NCBI GenBank assembly: GCA_964016885.1
Contig: OZ024743.1
Coordinates: 11,036,001-11,100,000 of the forward strand
DNA: 64,000 nucleotides
Origin: Eledone cirrhosa
Taxonomy: Eukaryota
Reading direction: 5' to 3'
This document shows positions 24,582-39,796 of the stretch, piece after piece (positions within the stretch are counted from its first letter, which is position 1; every line of letters starts with the position of its first letter). Both the position numbers and the translations under genes were made by a program. Under the pieces are notes generated by a model. The model was not told where the DNA came from and searched no databases. It worked only from the letters and a program-made list of their open reading frames with translations.

Positions 24582-25729
24582 TAATGAAGACTAGGAGTCT
24601 CTCGCTCCACAAAAAAAAACCTCATTGGATGGCCATTGATTCTCTTGAATTCCTCCGCCTTTTGACGGGTCTTGTTTTTCATCCCACAGTTGTCCAAAAT
24701 TACCCTCCTCAAGCGTGGCGGGGTTGTCGGTTTGGTCGCCGACGACACGGCATTGCACAGGTTGACCAGGGTTACATGTTACCAACTGCACTGAAGAGTG
24801 ACCTGATATACATATATACATACATGCATACACACATGCATTCATACACATATAGTAATTCTGTTAGATGCAAACATTTGTGCTCACTTTGTTATTGTGA
24901 GATCTAATAAAACGATATATATTTGTTTTCTCTTTAATGAAAGGTGTCCTTAAAATTTGAGAACTTATTTAAATGTGATTTTAACACAGATAAACAAAAA
25001 TAATATGTAAATCAAATAATCTATCTAATCTTTCACGTGAATTTAGCTATAACCCCGTTACGAGGCCTGACTTAACAGCGGCTTGTTGGCACCATTGACC
25101 AATAGATGGTACGATATAACAATATCTTCTTGTCTCCGGCTCCGACAGATGCACAGACTGATACCAGTTGACACAAGCATTGGGTTACCAAGACTTCATT
25201 TTTATACAATTGATAGTATTGGATGTAATTTCAGCGACATGAAATATATAGCTCAAACTTTCATCACCGATCTTTTTTTCTCCGTGACACTATTAATGTA
25301 ACAATTATTTGGAAAACGGCAGTGGGTGAGAGGATACCTCACTGAATAATAAAGAAGAAGAAGAAGAAGAAGAAGAAGAAAAAGAAGAAGAAGAAGAAGA
25401 AGAAGAAGAAGAAGAATGATAATGAAGAAAACTAAGTAAATAGAGTTTCATAAGTGTGACAGAATTGCCAAAAACAACAGGACAGCTTGTAAAATATATA
25501 TATATGGTAGAGTGATAAGCACAGCAGTACAATAACTACGGGTAGGTTGACGGATAGCAGTTAAATACTTCACCAGATGATCATTGAAAAGATGTCTTCA
25601 TTATGAAAAGTGTTATTTTCAATTGTTCTTCTTAATGTCTTATTCTGAACTAATGAAATATATAAGTTTCTACATATTTGTGTTTTTATCATTATTGTTA
25701 TGTAATATTTTATTGAGTATCTTACTATA

Positions 25730-25910
25730 TGATAATGGGTTCTAATTTAGGCGCAAGAGCAGCAATTTCGGAGAAGGCGCAGACGAATCAATCGATCCCA
25801 GTTCTCGACTGATACTTTATTTTGATTTTGTCAACATTTGAAGGATAGAGACAACATTGACCTCGGTAGGATTTGAACACAGAACTCTGATACTAATGAT
25901 TCTGACAACC
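25730..25910 (-). mobile_element. Degenerate tRNA-derived SINE
   Basis: Similar to the 19843-20500 units. Confidence 0.65.
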
Positions 25911-26156
25911 ATCCACACGATATTACTATATAATCATGCCAGTTGCATGTAAATACAATATACGGGCGACCATCTTATTAAGAATTGATTACTGTGACTA
26001 ACTTTAACATATAACTTAGGAAGGGTGAATCCATATAAAGTTTATGAACATCTGTAAATACTACCAGTTTTAAACAAAATGGGTTTGAAAGAAATATGAC
26101 ATTCAGCATTTATGCGAATACACAGACATAGATAAACATACGTATATATATATATT

Positions 26157-26410
<254 letters not shown>

Positions 26411-26626
26411 TATATATATATATATATATACAAATATAAATTAGCGAGAATCGAATTTCAGCTCAGGAATTAACGAAAAACACTTCCGAGTTGTGTGGCA
26501 AGCGCTCGATAATTCATATGAATTAGAGCTACAACACACTGAGATGGTGGTTAAACTAATCATCCGCACAGCCCCTAAAAAACGATCAAGCAATTCGGGT
26601 CAAACAAATAAAAATATATGTGATTG

Positions 26627-26657
<31 letters not shown>

Positions 26658-26685
26658 GGTGTGTGTGTGTGTGTGTGTGTGTGTG

Positions 26686-27010
26686 GTAAAAACCCCATTC
26701 GGTCACGAATGACCACAGGATTTGCACCTACAAAGTTCCCCTCCGTGGCAGAAGTACGGGCAAGATTGTTTTTGGAAGACCAGCAGTCGCCCATGCATAC
26801 CAGACTCCCCTCACCACACCACCAATGTTGTCCAAGGGAAAGGCAAGGCCGATACAACTTAGCACCAGTGACGTCGCAACTCATTTCTACAGCTGAGTTT
26901 ACTGGAGCAATGTAAAATAAAGTGTCTTGCTCAAGGACATAACGCATCATCCACTCCGGAAATAGAAGTCACAATTACCCGATTGCAAGCCCAATGCTCT
27001 AACCACTAAA
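26686..27010 (-). mobile_element. CORE-type SINE, near complete
   Basis: tRNA-like head near 26950-27010, CORE-like block, 3' end running into (CA)n. Confidence 0.75.
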
Positions 27011-27269
27011 CAGTCCGTCGTAGTGGTCGTAACACTTTCCCGGCACCTCTGTATCAATAGTTTGTGTATGTTTTGCAGTAACCTGGTAGGGAGTACTGAA
27101 CTAAATCTGTTATATTTATTACACCTGATGGCGTCGCAGATTGCCTTACGTCGTGGTCGTTTACAAGTAAATAGATGTCAGTGTAATACAGCCTAATACA
27201 GATCACTGTTATTAGTTGCGAAATTGATGAGCATTTATTAGGTGTTAAGCAGTGATTTTTAATTCAACT

Positions 27270-27520
27270 CTTCTTACGATCATAATGTCATGGGTTCGAT
27301 TCATGGGCTGGGTTGCGTTTTGTGTTCTTGAGCAAACCACTTAATTTCACGTTGCTCCTTTATACTCAGCTGAAAATTAGTATAAGCATTAGCTGGGGGT
27401 TTAACCCTGCGATGGACTGGCGTCCTGTCCAGTGGGAGTCTTGTACTCTCAGTCGCTTCATGCCACGAAACCGGAATAAGCACCGGCCTAACGAGTTTTC
27501 TGGCTTAAGACAGACTTTAG
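27270..27520 (+). mobile_element. SINE with CORE-like and V-domain-like blocks
   Basis: GGTTCGATTC B-box, TGTGTTCTTGAGCAA, CCCTGCGATGGACTGGCGTCCTGTCCAG. Confidence 0.7.
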
Positions 27521-30363
27521 ACTTAGATATCATAGCTGCAGCTTTGAGAAGGTTGAGGTTGGTGAGTTGGGGGAGAGATACGTCCATGGCCGGGTTAACT
27601 TGCCTTAGGGACACTTCAATAGTGCTCCAATGCCCAAGCCAGTTATACGAACCGTACTCACACTCATCATCAACATCACCAACAGCACCATCGTCATCTC
27701 TATCCCCATCATCACCACCACCACTATCATCATTATCATCATCACTACTACCACCGCTACCACCATCAACAATAACAACACGACCATCACCATCATATTC
27801 ACCACCTTCATAAACAAACATAACAACAAAAGGGTTTTGAAAACACTTTTTATTCTTACAATTAGAATTCTGCAGCAACCTGCTGAATATTAAAGGGCAC
27901 ATAATAATACAGAGAGAGAGAGACACACAGATACACATATACACACACGGATATTCACGTATACCCACACACGCATATATACATAAACTATCAAGCATAT
28001 ATTTTTACACACAGAGCAACTTCAAAATCTATGCATAGTAAACTAATGCTTGTCGTCTGGTAAACTGAACGTTATCAACCTATAAAATAACATAAAGCAT
28101 TGCATGAACACACACAGTCACTGGAATATGTAGACATTTCGGTGTCATGAAAACTGCCTCTTTTGAAAGTTTGTTTATTTTAGACCTAAATTAATTATAC
28201 TACTTGGTTTTCTTTACCTAGCTTTTGTTATGTTGAAGACTCAGAGGCGGAACTATAAAAGCAACTTTTTTGCTCTTTTTACCCTCACCATAGACATTTT
28301 AGATCCTGTCCCTCGTTCATAATTAATAAACGTTGCCTGCAGTCATCTCCAGAAAACGGAAAGAATAAAAAGATAAGTTGCCAGCTTATCAGTGGGGTAT
28401 ACTATTTGTGTGATTAGTTTTCAAAATCGGAAGATGATCGACCACACAGGGTCGTCATACTTTGCTTCAAACGAGGGAAAGGCACGGTTTTATGTTTTGT
28501 TAGAGTTTGTTTTATACAAGCGTATGTTTTAGTTCAGATACTCAGCCTATATACCACGGGATGCTTTACTTTTTCTTTCTCATAATTTTTTTACTTTTTT
28601 TAATTTCCAATGGGCAACATCAAAGAATATTGCCAAAAGTCTGATTCGAGGTCATGTCATACAAGTGTCCGCTACTTTGAAAATAGGATTGATATGTAAA
28701 TACTTATATCTACGACTGATATGTAAATAATTATTTCTATTTATATCTAATATATTATCAATATAACATATGCGTAATGGCGGCAAGTGTGCCTTTGTAT
28801 AGTTAAAAAGAATAATTTAAGATAATAAATTTGATTAATATTAATTGATAAATTATATGAATGAATAGAAGTGAATTAAAAACTCCATTGCAACATGAAT
28901 GTTTACAAAGATACTCCCCCACCCACTTATACTCTCTCACTCCCTCTTTCTCTCTCTCTCTCTCTCTCTTTAACTTATATATATACATACATATACTAAC
29001 CTCTTCTCCAGTATCTATCTTTCTATTTATATATTTTTCCTACTTCGCTGCTTTTCGTATTTTTTTTTAGCAATTTCACTAAAATGTAACTTGTGTCCTT
29101 TCTTTAAATAATCTGAGGATGCTTAAACTAATCATTTCCAGGAATTAAATTTCAAGTAAAAATTTCTTCAACCACCTAGACATTATACTCAACTATCAGA
29201 TCGAGATTCTCTAAAAAAAAAGTGTGTACCCAGCATCTCTTATCGGTCACAAACTTTACTTAGATGTGGAATTGATAAATGCATTGAAACAGCTGCCTCC
29301 ATTGTGTAGTCAGTGTAAGAAATCGAAATGCTCAGCAGGCAGTAAAAATTAACGGGACATGTGTTATCAGCGCAGTATGATAACATATCACTTATAATGA
29401 AGCAAATTACAAAACAATTTTCACCTCTGCTGGTACAACTACAATATCTCTAACATAACTCTACCAGAATCCTTTATCTGACGTACTTTACATCAGAATT
29501 ATATCCACACAACGTACGTTCTGCTGGTTTGAACTGTAACACTGTATACTGTCTTCTATCCAAAAAATAAATTTGATTTGGGAACAATAATTATATATAA
29601 TTGCAAATGGGTACATGATAATGCGTGGATATGATAAGAACGTATTGGTGTTAAATTCAAACAACAGGGGAGGGGGGAATGAAGGATAGCTATCCAGAAA
29701 CTTTGTGTCAAAAACATTCAATGCATCCATGTTTAAAACATCTAAGCGACGATCGATCCAAGGGATCCCGCTGTAATTGGATAACATTTTACTGTAGAGC
29801 TGAAATGGATGCTTGTGAAACAGGAACATAGTATAATTAACGTGTTTACTAATATGATATTACTTTACATGGTTGACTTCAAAATCCAGCTAAGTGTTTG
29901 AGCAGAAAAGGCATGCGTTCCATCTGGCCTGTGTGCTTTAGATACATTACACGAAGATCTAATGAATATTGGCTTTTAAGACAAAATATTAAGTAGACAA
30001 AATATTAAGTAGAACGTTTATATTAAGACATTAGTCAATGATCGATATAAAATAACTGTAACAGTGATTATGATAAAAGGGTATAGTAAGAGTAACCATT
30101 CTATTCATGTGTCAACTTCTGATAAACACTGATGCTGGTAACATAATTCTGTCTAATCACTTTAGTGGTAATGTAAAGTTATTATAAAATATAAAAATAA
30201 TGATTTCTAATTCAAGGGCAAGGTCAATAATTTATATATATATATATATATATATCATAGATTGAGTTATAAACTCAAAATTTTACAATTAAATAGCTCA
30301 AACCTAGCTAACTTGGTCATTTGCAATTAGAACACATGTATACTTCACCCCTTTCATATATCC

Positions 30364-30438
<75 letters not shown>

Positions 30439-30465
30439 CGTGTGTGTGTGTGCGACCGCATTTTT

Positions 30466-30600
30466 AAACTGGTACTTTTTTTATTTAATCTGGAAGTAGG
30501 AAAAAAAATTGGTCTTGGCGGGATTTGAACTCAGAACGTAGAAAGCCGTAACATACCGCAAAGCAGCTTGTATGGCTCTCTACTGATACTGCCCAACAAT
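30466..30600 (-). mobile_element. Partial tRNA-derived SINE
   Basis: GGCGGGATTTGAACTCAGAACGTA and flanking family motifs. Confidence 0.65.
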
Positions 30601-30699
30601 TGCACTCTATAAATATAAAAATAACAAAATAAATGTGTTGCGAAAGGATTGATATTTCTAGTGTTATAGTGATATTGAAAATAGGAATAGTGTGACCAT

Positions 30700-32282
30700 T
30701 TCTGGATTAATCACCTTAAGCGGATTAAAAGCAGGTTGAAAGAGGTTCTAGACAACATATTCAAACTTAAATAAATTTATATCCAGTTGTTGAAAACAAT
30801 CTGCTCTGCCCTTTCACAAAACACTTTACTCTACTTGTAAGGATCTACTTAGCACGAAAGTAGGGAAGAGTTTGTCTGAAAAGTAAAGTAACCTAGACAT
30901 ATCGTCTCTCAATATGTTTAAATCGAGGTATAAACTTATGTATATGCGTAGGAGTACATTTGGGTGAGTAAAATGCTGAAGATTGCTTACCGTAAATTCT
31001 TTAAAACTTTTAATTAGGAATAAAACTCTTTCACATAGCATTATGATATTCTTACGCAACGTGATGGAAAGAAGTAGTGGAAAACATTTAGAACAGCGAG
31101 AAATGAAAAGTAACGATGTCTATTTAGAATACAACCACCCCTAGGAACACTGGAAAACTTTTCAAAAGAGTTAAAGAAGAAAAGAATAAACGTAAAAAAT
31201 GAAATTATAGTCTGTGAAACCTTCTTTGGGAAGAAATGTATCTCCCTTAAAGATGAGCCCCTTTCCGATGAAAAGAAATCCACTTTCAAGAGAATCCCAT
31301 CGTCTGTAGTAGCAACCCATCTCTCTGTCCTTTGATACAATTTCACATCCCTTCAACAAATCAACGAAAGATTGATCAACGTTGCATATCAAATTTGCTA
31401 GGGCTCCCTATACGATATACAGATAGGAGAGTGAGTAGCTAGGTTACAGAAACAAAACGATTACTCGGCCTGGAAAGGGAGGCGGGGTGGCAGTACTGTT
31501 TAGGAAAGGCCTGGATCTCGCGATACGGGTGATCTTCCTGGACCCGGATAGTATATTGGTGGTCCTAGACGTCAACAATAGCAAAGTTAGTGCCTTTATA
31601 CTGGTTGTCATCTACGCTCCGATTGGGATAGGACGGATTTCTTTAGGCGTCTGGAAGCCTTTCTGAGAACATCTCGCAGTTTACTAATAGCGGGCGAGTG
31701 GAACGGCATCTTGGACGACTGCTAGGACTGCGTAGGAGTAATTAGTGGATGCTGGGGGTGTAAAAGCCTCAAAAAACCTGATCAGACAGTTCCTACTCTC
31801 TGATAGTTATCGACTAGATTTCCCGAATGTGTCAGTGTGAACCTGGACAAATCGCTTAGGGATCGTACTTAGATAGGTTTTTCATTAAGTTAGTAGATAA
31901 GGATAGTATAGAATGACCACATTTTCAATCAATCGCCAATTCAGACCCAAATTTGAGATCTGCATGATGAACTTCCCTTGTATGCAGGGACCCGGCTACT
32001 GGAAGCTTAACACGTCATTCATTCCCGACGCATAAAACCTACACGGACCGGATTAGAAATTTAGTTAACAGTTAGTTAAAGGTTAGACACGGTGATTAGA
32101 AGTGACATTGCAACGATCTGCTAGCTGCGAGAATGACACTAGACCATTTCTTCGACGCGAAACACGAAGGTTACATTGTCAGAGCTAAGGTGAGTGCTCA
32201 AAGAAGTGAGAGAACAAAAGCTGTTCGATGGGCCCGAGAGGCAGAGGCGCAAATAGATAATAAAACCACAATTCTAGTCTTT
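30700..32282 (+). mobile_element. Degenerate Tx1-like LINE (possible ORF1 remnant plus ORF2 endonuclease region)
   Basis: GGGVAVLFRKGLDL, GPGYWKLN, LDHFFDAKHEGYIVRAK motifs with many stops; left boundary uncertain. Confidence 0.75.
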
Positions 32283-32700
32283 CTAATCTTTGTGCGCCGA
32301 GAACGACGAATTCAGTTTCCAGTAACCACGTCTCTGTCCATGAAACCTATCTAAGTCGACTGTACAGATCACAAATTTGTGGTCTATGTAGTCGACTACT
32401 TTGAATTTTAGACCCCCTATGTTAGTCTTATTTGCTTCCCTACACATTACCCTGTGTAGATATGATCTGGATGACTCGATGCAATTCGACCATGTCCACA
32501 TTTGCATATTTAGTACATCCAGTCGAAACCTATCAGACAGTTGGAAGCCTCTGAGAAGGTTTGTGAGGCTTTTACAACCTCTTCCTGAATCTGCTAGTTC
32601 CACACAGTCCAAGCGTGCATCTAAGATACCGTTCCAGTCGCCCACTACCTCTATGGAACGGAACGTCCCTGGAAATGTTTCCAAGTGCCTGAAACGAGAC
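32283..32700 (-). mobile_element. Tx1-like endonuclease fragment in opposite orientation
   Basis: VGDWNGILDA...SSRSYL...DHKFVIC...GYWKLN. Confidence 0.85.
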
Positions 32701-33430
32701 CAACCTATTGGCATTTCCCGTAAAATCTGTCCATCGATTATTTCCATATACATTCTAACTACATGTTCGTAGTTCCATAGCTGTATTCTCTCAATTCGAA
32801 GACGTAACATCTCTATACTGAGCGAATCTCTGATCTCAAGTTACGCACTCGCTAGAGTAACGTTACTCCAAAGACCATTCAGAGAAACACCATTTCAGCC
32901 ACTGGTATTCGTGGTCGTATTATTTCGGATGCTACCCAAGATTCATCAACATAGGTAAGGGTAGGTACGAACACCAAATTTAAGACAACGAATTTGTCTT
33001 TTACATCTACCTCTCTTCTGATGACAAGCGCTGAAGCTTGCGGATTACAGCACCATCTCCTGCAAATGTTGCTTTTAATTCAGCTTCCTGCTTTCCAACT
33101 CCGAGATACTTGAATTACTCCAACTGCTTTAGTGGAACTTCAATCACATGCAAAGTGCACTGCACAGGCTTTCTTGAGAGGACGAGTGTCTCAGTCTTCG
33201 CAGCATTAATTTTCATTCCTGTTGTGCAGCACTCGGCAGCAAACCTATCCCGTGTATGATGGAGATTAGTTTTCTAACGCGTTAAGTAGTCCCATGAACA
33301 TACACACGCCGGTTTTGATACAACTTCAAATCCGGCGGTGTATGTTAGTCTTCTTCATGAAGATTATGAAGATGAGGGGTGACAATGTGAACCCTTGGTA
33401 CAGTCCTACACTTTACACTATGGTCAGATT
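32701..33430 (-). mobile_element. Degenerate RTE-clade LINE 3' part
   Basis: GLYQGFTLSPLIFIIFM, RFAAEC..GMKINAAKTE, FKYLG, LRIERIQLWNYEHVVRM. Confidence 0.75.
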
Positions 33431-34274
33431 CTATTTAGATATTATTACAATGTTTCAGATCTTTTTACAAGTAATTTAGAGATTTTAGGCAACTTACAAT
33501 TATCATCATTGAATTTATTGGAAACATGAATGTTTTTTCCCATTTAGTAACTGCTGGATTTGTTTTCGTTTCCTGTCTGAATATGAAGATGACGACCAAT
33601 TCAACTAACTGATTTCATTTTAAACATCAAACACCTTTACACAAATAGTCTACTTTTAGATCTGAGTCTTACAGTACGTAAACTCGTAAACGAGTGGACT
33701 TAGAGGCTCGTATAACTAATTGATCAATGTAAATTTAAAACAACTGCGCTTTTTAGACAACAGGACATTAAAGCAAAGTAAAATTGGAAATTAAATATTG
33801 TAAAGTAGAAAACTTATGTAATGATTAATAGTAAATAAACCACAAAGAACTGTGATCGTATCGAGAAGAAATTGAGAGACGGAGACACAAACAGAGAATC
33901 AGAGATTGGGGTGAAGCAATCATATTTATTAGATACATTATTTGTTTGAAGTAGAGGTTCTGCTTTGGTTAATTCTAATCGGAGATGGCGTTGTTCTATT
34001 ATCAACGGCTCCAACCTCCGCGCTGGAAACCATGCGAGAAATTAAAATTGTTACTAAGTTCTGTTATTTTTATTCGGAAGCCATAAGTCAAGACTAAAAG
34101 GAAATTCAGCGACGGGTTTTCTGTCTACTCAAAGCGCCGATAAAGGTGAGAGAAAGAGGTGGGTAGAGAGAAAATGCGATGGGATAGAAAGAAAGAAAAA
34201 GAATGAAAGTGATGGGATGGATAATATCTGAAATAGAGACAGAAAGAGTGGGATACTGGGAAATATAGTATAAG

Positions 34275-34333
<59 letters not shown>

Positions 34334-35465
34334 ACGAAAGAAAGTTAGAAAGAAAGATACAAACAGGGTTTTGTAGTAGTAAGGAGAGAATAGGTAATAG
34401 AAAGGGGAAAGAGAGTGTATGAAAATAGAGATAAAGTGAGGGAAAAGTTGGAAGAACCAGAGAAAGATGGAAAGAGAAATAGGGAAATGTGAGAGAGAAG
34501 GTGTAGGTGGCCACTAGTGTAAATGCTTAAAGATGCTTACAAATTATATTTTATTGAATAGTCGTCCTTCTTGTTTGCCGTGCTGGTTTCCGATCTTCTT
34601 TTACAATAATATAAACAGTGAAAAATAAAATAAAAAATCTTTAATTGTTAAGACTCTTGTCTACTAAAAACTTTTCCTTTCTTATAGTTATTACTATTAT
34701 TTATTGTGGCTATTTTATCATCATTGTTATTGCTGTTGGTGTTATTATTATTATTATTATTATTGGTGGTGGTGGTGGTGGTGATGGTGGTGGGGTTGTT
34801 AATTTTATTATTCATTTGATTTTATAGTTTATTGTTTTGTTTTGTTTATTGGGTTGTTGTTTTTAAATCTATTTTTCATTCGTCTCTCCTCCGAAACGGT
34901 CGTCGTTTTTGTTTTTAACGTATTATCTGACGTCCCGTTGGTGCCATCGCATTTCTAGTTGGCAACTCTTATTTCTTGAGGCAGACTCCAACCTAGGAAT
35001 TGGTCATGTTCGGCGGCAGCCGTTGAAATAATTTACCTAACTTCCGTTTATTGTTCAATATTTTTTGATTACATTCCGAGTTATTTCCAGAAAAGAGAAC
35101 ATTTGCTGCCGGCTACTCAGGGCCAGTAAGTCTAACTGGCTTCTCCATCACAAAGAAAGAAAGGAAGAAATGACGAAAGAAAGAAATTGACTCTATTCTA
35201 CTTCTCTCTCTCTCTCTATTCTTCTTCTTCTTCTTCTTCTTCTTCCCTACATTTATCTATTTTATCCTCATTTTTCACTCACTCTATCTCTCTTACACGT
35301 TTACTATCTCCTAAACTTTCTCTTTTTCCACTCCTCTCCAACTTCCCCATCACATCATTCATGGCTCTATCTATTAATTTGATATATATTCATATGTACA
35401 CACGTATATACATGTATATATATTTACACACACATATATATGTACACACATATATATATCTCCAT

Positions 35466-35537
<72 letters not shown>

Positions 35538-36218
35538 ATGTTTATATATATATATACATATATATATATATGTGTGTGTGTGTGTGTATGTATGCGTATG
35601 TATGTTATGTATATAAGTATGAGCGTATGTGTGTGTATGTATATATTTGTGTGTATGTGTGTATATATACATTTATGTGTATATCGTTATTTTCCAATTT
35701 CCTTTATATTTCCTCACACACACACACACTTCCTCATCACCAGTTCTCTCTGGTACTTACATAAGATATGTATCCTTTAAATGTATCGCCTACGCGCACA
35801 CTCTCTATTAACTTCTCTGTATACTCATCGATCTATCTATAAGTCAGTCTTTTTTTTCGAGCATCTCATTTCTCTTTTACGTCGATATATTATTCTATCT
35901 TTTTATCTTTCTACCTTCTATCTAAATATTCTCTTCGTCATTTCGCTATCTTCCTCTTACCCATTATTTCTCATATAAATACAGAAATAGATGACATACC
36001 TCACTTTTCTTCCTCCATCCCACACTTTTTTCTCACAGCCGCTCTCTACCTCTCAGTCATTAGCCTGCAGACATGCAGGGGCACCACCTTGATACAGTTG
36101 ACCATATCGATACTAGTACTTATTTTATCGATCTCTTTTTTGTCGTACTACTAATTCACGGGGCAGACACAGACACAAACACACACACACACTGACACAC
36201 ACACAAACTATACGTATT

Positions 36219-36262
<44 letters not shown>

Positions 36263-36264
<2 letters not shown>

Positions 36265-36350
36265 TGTCCCCAAACCTATATACACACGTTAATTATATGT
36301 ACAGGTAATATTTCTTAGAATGGTGTATACATTTTTTGGGACACCTTGTA
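36263..36350. mobile_element. Tiny Tc1/mariner-type MITE in (TA)n
   Basis: GATGTCCCCAAA...TATACAC / GTGTATACATTTTTTGGGACACCTTG-TA imperfect TIRs. Confidence 0.55.
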
Positions 36351-36371
36351 TATATATATATATATATATCA

Positions 36372-36535
36372 CAAGCTTTGCCAGTTTCCGCTAAGCAAAT
36401 GCCCCTCATAAGGCACTGGTCAACCCCAGGCTATAGGAGAAGTTACTTGCTCAAGGATCCTCGCAATGGGACTGAATCCAAACAAAGCTTGGTTGCGAAG
36501 CGAAATTCTGATCCGTACAACCGTGCTGTGCCTGT
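36372..36535 (-). mobile_element. Degenerate tRNA-derived SINE (second family)
   Basis: CAGTTTCCG...AAGGC..TGGTC...GGCTATAG...ACTTGCTCAAGG...TGGGACTGAA; recognised from memory of abundant cephalopod SINEs; related remnant at ~58470-58600. Confidence 0.5.
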
Positions 36536-36622
36536 ATAATTCCTAATATTTTTTTTTATTTAATATAAACACAAAAAAATACATTCTTTCACATGCAAAT
36601 ATATATACGAAACACACAAACA

Positions 36623-36692
<70 letters not shown>

Positions 36693-36871
36693 ATTGTTCT
36701 CATAAAATATATTACCCTTTTTCCTTTCTCTGTCTTCTTTCACACACACATTAAGAACCACACATATTTATCTTCTCTCTCTCCACTCTCTCTTTCTCTC
36801 GCTCTCTGCCTCCCGGTTTTTCTCTCTCTCCCTTACTCTCTCCTTCTCTGTTCCTCTCTTGGATAAAAAAC

Positions 36872-36904
<33 letters not shown>

Positions 36905-37063
36905 CGTTTTGCGTTATTTAGTTACGGCCCTTTACGTTCTGTGTTCAAATCCTACCAAGGATTTTTAGGATCGATAAAATAAAGAAACAATCAGGTACTC
37001 TAATCGATGGGATCGTCTTTTCCCTCCCCACAAAATTATTGGGCTTGTGCCTAAATTATAAAC
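36905..37063 (+). mobile_element. tRNA-derived SINE, internally deleted
   Basis: TACGTTCTGTGTTCAAATCC...TCGATAAAATAAAG...CTTGTGCCTAAATT. Confidence 0.65.
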
Positions 37064-37242
37064 TTTGAATTATTGGCCCATCTTACCTCATCCTGTTTTC
37101 TCACTCTTATTTTCTGTCTTCCTCTTGCAGCCTTGCAACTGCACTGTCTTTTCCATTCTTTTCCACTCTCTGTTCTCATATCTCTCTCCCCACTTCTTCC
37201 TCATCCCCCATCTCTCTCTTTCTCTCTGGATATTTATATATA

Positions 37243-37328
37243 TAAGGTGTCCCCCAGAAACGTACACACACTTTTATTAGAATGCTGTTGAAATGTGTAT
37301 ACATTTTGGGGGGGGGACACCCTGTATA
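37243..37328. mobile_element. Tiny Tc1/mariner-type MITE, same family as 36263-36350
   Basis: AAGGTGTCCCCC...ACAC / GTGTATACATTTTGGGGGGGGGACACCCTG-TA. Confidence 0.6.
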
Positions 37329-39246
37329 TAATGTTGTTCTATGAGAAAGTCATACTCCCGATAAAAAAACACATGCGCTGGTTCTTTTTCACTTCAGTTA
37401 TATTTCACTTAATTAAATAATTAGCTAATAAATCATTTAATTGGTTAATCAATTTGGCAGTGCTTTCTGTTCCTTTTTGATAATGGATCCTTCGTCGGTT
37501 TCGGGGAAGACCATTCAGTCGTTCGATCAGCTAATCGCCTGACTTTTAAATTAACGTGTAAATAATTGGTTATATCACAGACACATGTACGTTTCGTTTA
37601 ATTCTTGGGCTGAATCAGCGTGACATAATATATGTGACAAGGCTGGACAATTGAATTGCAGATACAATTCATCCGACGAGATTCACTTACAAGATATGGG
37701 TCGACCCCAACCCATGGTAAACTTCTTCAACATATCAGGCAGTGACATTTCTAGTCATTACCAGGTGTATGTCGGCTATTGGAAGGAATAGGTCGGTTTC
37801 CCCTTTCCAGACACATTTTTATTTCTTCGCCATTCTTCGTCAATGTATACTTCTCCTTTCGAAGCTTGGTAAAGTTGAGAATGTCTTGTTGTTCTATTTT
37901 TTGTTTTTACTTTTTAGCTATGACTGTTGTTGTGACTATGAGTTTCCCATCTTCTATTGATGTTTTTGTTGTGTTTAGGATAATGAATGGCCTGTATACA
38001 GGCTCTTTGTTTTGTTTGTTTGTTTTGTAACTGGGAAACAGTCATTTGTTGTTTTATTCCTTTTTTTCTGGCTACGACTCCGGTTTGACATGATTCAGTA
38101 TCTTCGAGGTCCTCTTAGATATTTGACAAACATTCGGATGAGTTGAAGAAGGACGAGGCGGAGTGCGAGATACTGGGTGGTCATATCGAAAAATATCATC
38201 GATATTGCCCCCCTGTCTAAAAGCACCACTAATATGAAAATATACGCCTCCTCGTGGAAATGGTCAATAATGCTTTTCATGCTTATCCATGGTTGAAACG
38301 CAATACCTTAAGTTAGTTTACATGTTGCTGTAAATGTTCTTTTTATTGTTGTAGCAATTACTGCTAATAGTGGTATTTTGAAAAGTTTGGCAGTCAATAA
38401 AAATGCTGTTGCAGTTGGTAGCAAACAAAATGATTAAGGTGCATCAAAACTTGTTTGTTTCGATGTTTCCTATATTCACTAGCTATTAATTTCAAGGGAA
38501 ACTGCTAGCCATTACGGCGACAGACAAGCTTGAATTCAACTTTTCAGTATTACGAAGACTGATGTACAATTAATTGCCTTAAAGAGCTAAATTCCTTTAC
38601 ACTTCAGTTGGCTCTCCAACGAACTCCCGACGGAGAAGTATAACTTTTTACAAGTTTCTTGCCAAATACCTCTGAAGAGCGCTCAACAAGAGTCTAAGAG
38701 GAGCCAGGTCTCCTCCTGTTGGAGCCGAAAGTTTGTTACAAAATGAGTTTTGTCTGCCAACATCGTGAAAACGCAAGATATTTCAAGCTAAATATATGTG
38801 TGGTGTTTGTATGTATGATTACAAATGTAAGTGTGTGAATAAAATAAATAACTATATGTACGTAACTATTAGTGTCCGTGTCTGTCTTCCGAATTAGTTT
38901 GATTACCTTATGAGAATTAATATATATTTTTATATTTTTGTTTTCGTTTTCGTTTTTGCATTCTTGTGGACAAGTAGTTCTCAAATGCGACGGACATTTT
39001 TTTTTTTAATTCACTGACTTAGTACTACAAAACTTTCCGAGAGTGAAGTTTGAATATACATACATGCATATATACATTCACACACTAACACCCACGCACA
39101 CACACACACACACACACACTTTCTCCCTCACACACACATATATATTTGTGTATGTGTGTGTGTGAATGCACACACACGTTTATGGAACACATACACTATA
39201 TCTATCTATAAATATATGAATGTGTATGTTTGTGTGTATGTGCATA

Positions 39247-39355
<109 letters not shown>

Positions 39356-39699
39356 GTGTCTGTGTATGTGTGTTTATATATAGAGAGAGAGATAGATAGA
39401 TAGATATACAGAAATATATACATACATGTATACATACATATATACATACATGTATACATACATACTTACATAAATACAAACATACATTCATACATGACAG
39501 AATCCATGAATGTAAAAGCGCATTGATACTTGTGCAAAGTTATGATATAATATGTCAAGATATATTAAAAATTAACTACGGTTAATAAGTGCTTTCTAAT
39601 TATATGTATATCGGAATGTCGGTTGAGAGAAAATATGTGTGTATTTATGTTTACATGCATGTATGCATCTGTACGTACAAACTGACACACACAGTCAAA

Positions 39700-39796
<97 letters not shown>

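Noticed and set aside
29220-29830. Possible decayed protein-coding sequence (113-aa minus ORF)
   Set aside because: Only vague motif impressions, inconsistent between strands; needs a homology search
32283-32810. Novel fusion protein
   Set aside because: Chance in-frame junction of decayed RTE and Tx1 fragments
33810-35150. Possible host gene 5' UTR or first exon on the minus strand
   Set aside because: Unique-looking sequence but only short ORFs and no clear splice donor; cannot be supported
38665-38740. CTGAAGA...long stem...GAAA hammerhead candidate
   Set aside because: Stem II is plausible but no stem I or III partner was found
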